From assembly GCF_009914755.1 (NCBI RefSeq), contig NC_060928.1: DNA of 64,000 bases. One strand, 5' to 3'. The DNA is from the human T2T-CHM13v2.0 reference genome, Homo sapiens. Made by a program: the position numbers and the translations under genes. A model generated the notes under the pieces. The model ran no database searches. It was not told where the DNA came from and saw only the letters and a program-made list of their open reading frames with translations. Numbering within the stretch: the first letter of the stretch is position 1; every line of letters begins with the position of its first letter. Below, piece after piece: positions 53,664-64,000 of the stretch.

Positions 53664-54860
53664 TGATAATTTCTAGCCAATAAACAAACTGGTTTCTTCA
53701 ACCAATAGATACTGGTTGAAGCACAACTATTGTGGGCTACCAGCCTGGGCAACATGGCGAAACCCCATTTCTACTAAAAAAATTTTAAAAAATAGCTGGG
53801 CATGGTGGCGCTTGCCTGTAGTCCCAACTATTCAGGAGGCTGAGGTGGGAGGATCACCTGAGCCCAGGAGGCGGAGGTTGCAGTGAGCCAAGATCGGGCC
53901 ACTGCACTCCAGCCTGGGCCACAGAGCAAGGCCCTGTCTCAAAGAAAAACAAAATTATCTTTTAGAGATACATGATAAAGTATTTATGGATGAAATTATA
54001 AATAATCAGCATGGTGGTAGTTGGGAAGGAGGACTGGCCACGTAGATAACTGTTGAAACAAGATGATGGGCACACGGAGATTCATTGTACTGTTATCTTT
54101 AATTACATGCTTGAAATCTTCCACAACAAAAAGCAAAAAGAAAACAGACCTAAACCACTGAAGCTCACTCTTAGGGGAGAAACTTCAAACAATATCCATC
54201 CATAATATTATGGATGTTTAGAAAACTATGTCTATAGCAAAGTGAAAGCCCTTCAGGGGCCATAGGTCTGGCATTACATATAGAGGCAACTCCCTTTTCT
54301 TCAATGGTTCCGAGGTCTCTTAACATAAGTAATTGGAGGATGTGAAAAATGTACATATGAATTTCCATTAGTTTGATTAAAATAACAGGACAAGCAAGAT
54401 ATATGAACCACTACAACCATGAATATGATGTCACCAATCACAGTAATGGGTTTCCTTGGTTATTTTGGCTAGATTCTAGAAAATGAGGGAAAAGTTTTAT
54501 AGAGTCAGGATTTGCAGAGAATAAAATTTAATTCAGTCCTGTGTATAATCTCCTAATATTTAAAGTTACTAAAATCAGAGCAATGCAGAATTCATATACA
54601 TATAATAAAACCTCAAAATGAAGACTTACATAATTATATTAAAGCCAAAACTGATGCAGAAGCAGTTAATAATATAGGTTCTATCTGTTATTAGGTTCAT
54701 TATGTAATTATCATAATTGGTATTTAGAATTTATATGGTACTTTTATTAGAAGAACTCAAATCCTTTCACAGGGTAAAATTATCCTCAGTAAAATAAAAA
54801 TTTTACCCAGAAAAAAAGCAAAGCAAATTATCCATTTTTTTTTAAAGTAGTTACTACTAA

Positions 54861-55194
<334 letters not shown>

Positions 55195-55559
55195 TAAAAA
55201 GCAATGTCTATTCAATAAACACGACAACACAAAAGGAAGTGTTTTAACTGTTAAATATTAATAGAATCTACTATTTTCTCAGTAATTCATGTAATGAGAG
55301 AAGAAAGAACATTAACAGTAAGTCAAAGCCCACTGTATGCCCTCTCCTAGTCACTACTATTCCCAAATTACCATCATGCTGAATTCTATAATCATAGATT
55401 AGTTTGCCTATTTTTGAAACTTACGCAAATGGAATTATACGGTATGTACTCCTTTGTGTCTGGCAACACTACTTTTGTAAGATTTTAACCATATTCTTAA
55501 GTGCAGGAGTAGTTTCATTGATTTTCAACACAGTACAGTATTTTGTTGCAGTATTATAA

Positions 55560-55766
<207 letters not shown>

Positions 55767-56533
55767 TAGTAGAGATGGGATTTCACCACGTTGTCAAGGC
55801 TGGTTTAGAACCCCTGACCTCAGGTGATCCGCCCACCTCAGCCTCCCAAAGTGCTGGGATTACAGGCGTGAACCACCGCACCCAGCCTCATGCATCCATT
55901 CTATTGCTGATTAATATTTAGGTTGTTCCTTCTGTCTTTTAGTGCACATATGTATGCATCTCTGTTGGATATACACTTGGAATTGCTGGATCACAGACTA
56001 ATAGTTTTTTTTTATTTTTTCAAGAGACAGGGTCTCATTTTGTTGCCCAGGCTGGAGTGCAGTGGCGCCAACAGGGCTCACTGCAGCCTCAGCCTCCTGG
56101 GCTCAAGTGATTCTCTTGCCTCAACTCCTCAAGTAGCTGGGACCACAAGCACATGCCACAATGCCCAGTTAATTTTTAAATATTTTTTAGAGACAAAGTT
56201 TCACTATATTGACCAGGATGGAGTCGGCCTCCAAAAGTGCTGGGATTACAGGTGTGAGCCACCGCGGTTGGCCTTTAAAAAAAAAAAAAAAAAAGAAAAG
56301 GAACAGGGGTCTTGCAATGTTGCCCAGGCTGGGCTTGAACTCCTGGGCTCAAGCAATCCTCTCGCCCGGCCTCCCAAACTGTTGGGATTACAAGCATGAG
56401 CCACTGTGCCTGGCCTATATTTTCAGCTTTAGTAGATACTATCAAACACGTCTGCCAAGTGACTGTACCAATTGATATTCTTACCAAGCAGTGCATAAAA
56501 TTCTAATTGCTAAACACTTGGTATTGTCAGTAA

Positions 56534-56701
<168 letters not shown>

Positions 56702-57195
56702 TAGCTGGGATTACAGGCGTGAGCCACCACACCTGGCTAATTTTTGTATTTTTAGTAGAGACGAGGTTTTGCCATGTTGGCCAGGCTGGTTTCGAACTCA
56801 TGACCTGAAGTGAACTGCTCACCTCGGCTTCCCAAAGTGCAGGGATTACAGGTGTGAGCCACTGTGCCTGGCCGTATTTTTTTTTTTTTAATTTGGAGAT
56901 GGGAGTCTCACTATGTTGCCCAGGCTGGACTTGAAACCCTTGGCTCAAATGATCCTTCTGTCTCAGCCTCCTGAGTAGCCAGAACTACAAGGCCATGCCA
57001 CCATGCCTGGCTTATTTGTGAAGACTAGAATACACTGCTGGCAGAATTCATTACTGAATGTTTGGATATAAGTATGGTTTATGGGGTTTCAAATGACTTG
57101 CAACCCTTTTATCAATATCAGCATTATAGAACTCACCATCAAGTTATCTTTCTAAAACATTTTTAAAAATTACCCTAAACCAAATATAGTAGTAA

Positions 57196-57415
<220 letters not shown>

Positions 57416-57697
57416 TAAACTCCCGACCTCAGGTAATCCGCCTGCCTTGGTCTTCCAAAGTGCTAGGATTACAGGTGTGAGCCACCGTGCCGCCAATATT
57501 TCAATCCTAAATCTGATTCAGATATAATAAGTAAATCTGTGTTTTTGAGTGACTATTAGTCTATAGATGCTTTTTCATAGATTTCCATATCTTATATTCC
57601 TATAGATAGCAGGCAGACCTATCTTAGAGATAAAACTGGATTGAGACTTTCCTTCTAAAAGTCTAAGGCAACTAAAGTCTATGGTTGATAATAGTCA

Positions 57698-57994
<297 letters not shown>

Positions 57995-58905
57995 TCAAAA
58001 AACAAATAAAAAATAACCAAGCTTTTCTTGGGGAAAAATATAAACATATTAATGTTAGCTAGAAAATGCTACCATCAAATTTGCAAATGCTTTTCTGTTG
58101 AGTTTCAAAAGCATAATATGATGAACTCATTTTACAGTGAAATAATAAAAAAAAAGGAAACCAGATAGCTCAGTAAAATAGTTAGAAGCATATTTTTCTA
58201 AATTCTCTAAATTCACAAAATTTTGAAATTCCAGTTAAAAATATTTGTGGCACCAAACTTTAAATATGAAAGATGCCATTTGTCCATCTAATGTTTATGT
58301 GATGTTAGTAAAATAATCCAAAAATATATTAAATTTATATTAATATTATTAAAAGTTGTATTTATTTTATTTTTACAGGATACCACTTTTTAATTTTATT
58401 ATAATATGGTAATGATACTAACAGACAAAATTAGGAAACAGGGAAGAAGGCCAGGTGCAGTGGCTCACGCCTGTAATCCCAGCACTTTGGGAGGCCGGGG
58501 CGGGCAGATCACCTGAGTTCAGGAGCTCAAGACCAGCCTGGCCAACATGGTGAAACCCCACCTCTACTAAAATACAAAAATTAGCTGGGTGTGGTGGTGG
58601 GCGCCTGTAATCCCAGCTACTCAAGAGGCTGAGGCAGAATTGTTTGAACCCGTGAGGTGGGTGTTGCCGTGAGCTGAGCTCGCGTCATTGCACTCCAGCC
58701 TGGGCGACAGAGGAAGACTCCGTCTCAAAAAAAAAAAAAAAAGAAAAGAAAACAGGAAAGAGAAAAAATTATCCATAATCTCACTGCACTAATACACCAT
58801 TCTGATAGACTTCTTTCTGGTCATTTTTCCTACCCACATTACCCGAAGTAATGTGTTTTAATGTCCATGTGTTTTGTATCCAGATTTTTTTCATTTAATT
58901 TCTTA

Positions 58906-59247
<342 letters not shown>

Positions 59248-61175
59248 TTATACTTTATAAAAACTGTCAAGGTGACAGATATCTGGAAAGATTTCCTACA
59301 TTCGCTCTGAGGAATTATGGAAATAGTGATTTAAAAAATAACATTCCAATTGGATGACCTAGCCTGTTCTCAGCTGCACTAGCATGAAACATATGGAAAT
59401 AATTACAGTAACTGATATTACTGAAGGGGAGCCACAAAGATTATAATGACCTAATATTTAGAAAGTAAAGAATCAAAGTAAAACCTTCCTTAGGTCTATA
59501 ATACACTAGGACAACTTTGATTGCTGAGAGAAAGCTCCAGGATGAACATACTTGTACGATTCTTGCTTAAATAAATGCTAGTGTACAAAGATGAGTTTAT
59601 AACAGGTTTAGATTACGATGATATAGAATAAGATTAGTTCCACAGCCCAGAATTGGCCTCTGATGAGATTATATGCCCTACACACTACTTTGGCTTTCAA
59701 AGTTTACTTTTAGGTACTAGGCAATAATCTTAAACTCCATTTCAACTTTAATCAGAAACCATAAGGTGGTTAAAGAAAATGTAATTTCTGTAATTACCAA
59801 AGCTGTTACACAGATTTTTTTCCTTCCCAATGCCAGCAGAAAAGTGGGTTACACAGATTTTGATAGATTTTCAAAAGCATTAGGTGAACTGATTCACACT
59901 AATCAAAATGACAAGGAACTGATTTATACATAAGTATGCTCATTTATCCGTTATAATGAGAACTGTCAAACTGATCAGATTCTTAAAAGCAAAGAATGGT
60001 TTTGCCTTGCCAAGACCTCAGACATCATCTAATCTAACCCATTCACAGATTCCAAAGAGAAGGAAAATGGTAATCAGAGAGTTTAAGAATTTTTTAGTAT
60101 ACTCCTGTATGGATCAGAGAACGCACTCTGGAAGGCTGGCCTAATTTGAATGCCTGGCAAGAAGAATATCCCTATTATGAAAAAAGACAAATCATATAAT
60201 TAAGATTATCCAATTCTTTTTGGTTTGAATCTGTATTAAACAATATTCTAAATTTTCGTTTGGTTCTCTGGATAGATTTCCCTACTAGAAGAAAATGAGC
60301 TGACTAATCCATGTAGGTATCCTGGATTGTTTGTAGCCTGTGTTAATAAACTACCAATCTGGCTTATGCATTGATCTTTAGTGGTATAGATATCAACTCA
60401 TGGAGTCTGATCCCTCATGACTTTTTTTTTTTTTTTTTAATGAGACAGAGTCTTGCTCTGTCGCCAGGCTAGAGTACAATGTGACCTCGGCTCACTGCAA
60501 CCTCCGTCTCCTGGGTTCAAGCAGTTCTCCTGCCTCAGCCTAACGAGTAGCTGGGACTACAGGCACACACTACCATGCCCAGCTAATTTTTGTATTTTTA
60601 GTAGAGATGGGGTTTCACCATGTTGGTCAGGATGGTCTGGATTTCTTGACCTCGTGATCCACCCGCCTCAGCCTCCAAAAGTGCTGGGATTACAGGCATG
60701 AGCCACCACGGTATTTATTTTTTTTGAGACAGAATCTCACTTTGTCACACAGGCTGAAGTGCAGTGGCACCATCTCAGCTGCACTTATTACAACCTCCGC
60801 CTCCTGGGTTTGATTCTCGTGCCTCAGCCCGCCAAGTAGCTGGGACTACAGGTGCATGCCACCACACCAGGTTAATTTTTGTATTTTTAGTAGAGACAGG
60901 GTTTTGCCATGTTGCCCAGGCTGGTCTCGAACTCCTGAGCTCATGCAATCTGCCTGCCTCAGCCTCACAAAGTGCTAGCATTACAGGCACGAGCCACTGT
61001 GCCAGGCCCCTCATGACTTTTAAAAAACAATTAAAAGAAATAGAACTTTGGTAAAATAGTAAAAATGGACAGAATTTTGAATTATATGATTCAATTAAAT
61101 AGAACAGTATTCTATTTGAATCTGTATTCAAATAGTATTCTTAGCCATATGAAATAAATTTTTAAAAATTATTTA

Positions 61176-61550
<375 letters not shown>

Positions 61551-62826
61551 TCACTCCAACCCCTTCCTTATCTACTTTGCTATCCCCTACTTTGCTTCCA
61601 CACAAGCAATCCGTTTTCTTGTATATCCTCCCAGCTACAAGTAAATATACATATATATTCTAATAATCTTGTCTTTCTAAATTCAATAGAATACCATATA
61701 TACTATTAACACCTGGCTTTTTTCACTTAATTAAACCCAGTATATCTAGAATACCTAAAGAGTAGAATCTCAAAGTAATGTTGGACCAGAGGATCTTTTA
61801 GGGTTACCACTTAATCTCCTAGCCAAAAGGTTATTAGGGCAGCCTTTACTCTTAATCTCAACCAGGACAGGTTCTGCTAACACATTTATTAAATGTAGAA
61901 TCAGTGTCTACTCGTTGCAGCTCCTGGGCTTAAGGAGTTCATAGTTTAATAAGGCACAGCCAGGCTAACAGTTATTTGCTGCTGCTCCCTGCTGTATCCT
62001 TGACTCCTAGAATAGCAGCCTCTCAATGATTATTAATTGAATGAATGAGTAACTCTCCACAAGGGCGTCTCTTTTTGAGATGAAGACTTCTGTGTAAATA
62101 GCTTTAGTTCAGATTGCCGATCATAGTATTTTTGCAGTAATTGACCAGAATACTATCAACTTTTTTTTTTTTTTTCTGACACAAGGTCTCACTCTGTTGC
62201 CCAGGCTGGAGTGCAACAGCACAATCTGGGCTCACCGCAGCCTCCGCCTCCCAGGTTCAAGTGAGTCTCCCACCTAGCCTCCCAAGTACCAAGTACCTGG
62301 GACTACAGGTGTCCGCCACCATGTCCAGCTAATGTTTGTATTTTTTCTAGAGACAGGTTTTCACCATGTGGGCCAGGCTGGTCTCAAGCTCCTGACCTCA
62401 GTTGATCCACCTGCCTCAGCCTCCCAAAGTGTTGGGATTACAGGTGTGAGCCATCGCATCTGGCCAAGTTCTTTTTTTGAGTTACCTAAAGAACTTCAGC
62501 ATGGTTCCCCAGAGTTACTTCTTATCTGCCTTGATTGTGAGACCACATTTCAACTTGCTTTACATACATCAGCTGGGATAGACTACTGATGGCAGGTGAA
62601 CTTGTATCACAGAACTGGATGTGTTTTACACAAGCTTTATTTTGGGTATTCTCGCCTTGCTATTTCCCATGAAATACAGCTTACCGATGACAATGGGAGA
62701 ATCAATGAAAAGGCTGATGTACAATCTGTGCAAGTCCAAATAAATGCTCACTTGGAAGTTTCAATAAAATCTTCAATAAGCTTTAACATGGAGTTTGACA
62801 TAGTGTTAGTGACACACTTTGCATGA

Positions 62827-63184
<358 letters not shown>

Positions 63185-64000
63185 TGAGACGTAGTCTCGC
63201 TCAGTTGCCCAGGTTGGAGTGCAGTGGCGCAATCTCGGCTCACTGAAAGCTCTGCCTCCCAGGTTCATGCCATTCTCCTGCCTCAGCCTCCCGAGTAGCT
63301 GGGACTACAGGCGCCCGCCACTACGCCCGGCTAATTTTTTTTTGTATTTTTAGTAGAGACGGGATTTCACCATGTTAGCCAGGATGGTCTCGATCTCCTG
63401 ACCTCGTGATCCGCCCGTCTCGGCCTCCCAAAGTGCTGGGATTACAGGCGTGAGCCACCACGCCCGGCCCCCATTTTCTATTTCTACTTTTATGTACCCT
63501 CTGGCCCTCTATTCTGCTGTCAGAGACATAGGAGTGTTTCCTTATTAAATGGGTTATTTTGAAATGAGTTTTTACCTCTGTATTTTGGGAGAGTCACAAC
63601 AAACCAAACCGTTCCAAAACTACTCTTCATGTAAAATTTCATAAATTCAAATAAACATTCCAACCCAGAAGGGGTCACTAACAAATAACAAATGCCCTAC
63701 TACAATCTAAACGGAATATAATCCTTCTAGCCCCAGCTCTCTACAGCATATTTTGCATAGGTACCCAGGAGCTAACGATGGGCATTATAGTTGGATACAT
63801 CAGCTTCACACATTTTAATCATTTCCAGAAATTAAACAGTAAAAGATGCCTGACCAGAGAAAAATATTTAATCAGTAAGAAAGCCGGTATTAATTTTATG
63901 TCTAAGGGTTATCATGTAAAGCTGTGGAAGTAAACAAGAAGGAAGATGGATTATGCTTATCCAGTTATAGATTTTGTTAGAAAAAGGAGTACAGCAACGG

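Overview
Primate (human-like, gene order matching 4p14 from recall) genomic DNA, very Alu-dense (roughly half the window by eye). It holds four main elements. (1) The last eight coding exons and 3' UTR of LIAS (lipoyl synthase, + strand, 1178-~15230). (2) A full-length WDR5 processed pseudogene (+, 18008-~19416) inserted in the A-tail of an Alu. (3) A deleted ERV3/HERV-R-like provirus (+, 22288-~28036) with a tRNA-Arg primer site, inserted in an older Alu. (4) The complete 11-exon CDS of UGDH (UDP-glucose 6-dehydrogenase, - strand, 59169-37794, 494 aa) and its 3' UTR, convergent with LIAS. I found no convincing new biological system. The best leads are retroelement events readable directly from the sequence: an Alu inserted inside the LIAS poly(A) hexamer, three Alus inserted serially at one endonuclease site, a CpG-rich WDR5 retrocopy with a 37-aa strong-Kozak ORF, and a frameshift-free gag-pro frame in the provirus. 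Repeat subfamily names are by-eye calls, not database results, and exon numbers follow my recollection of the reference genes.
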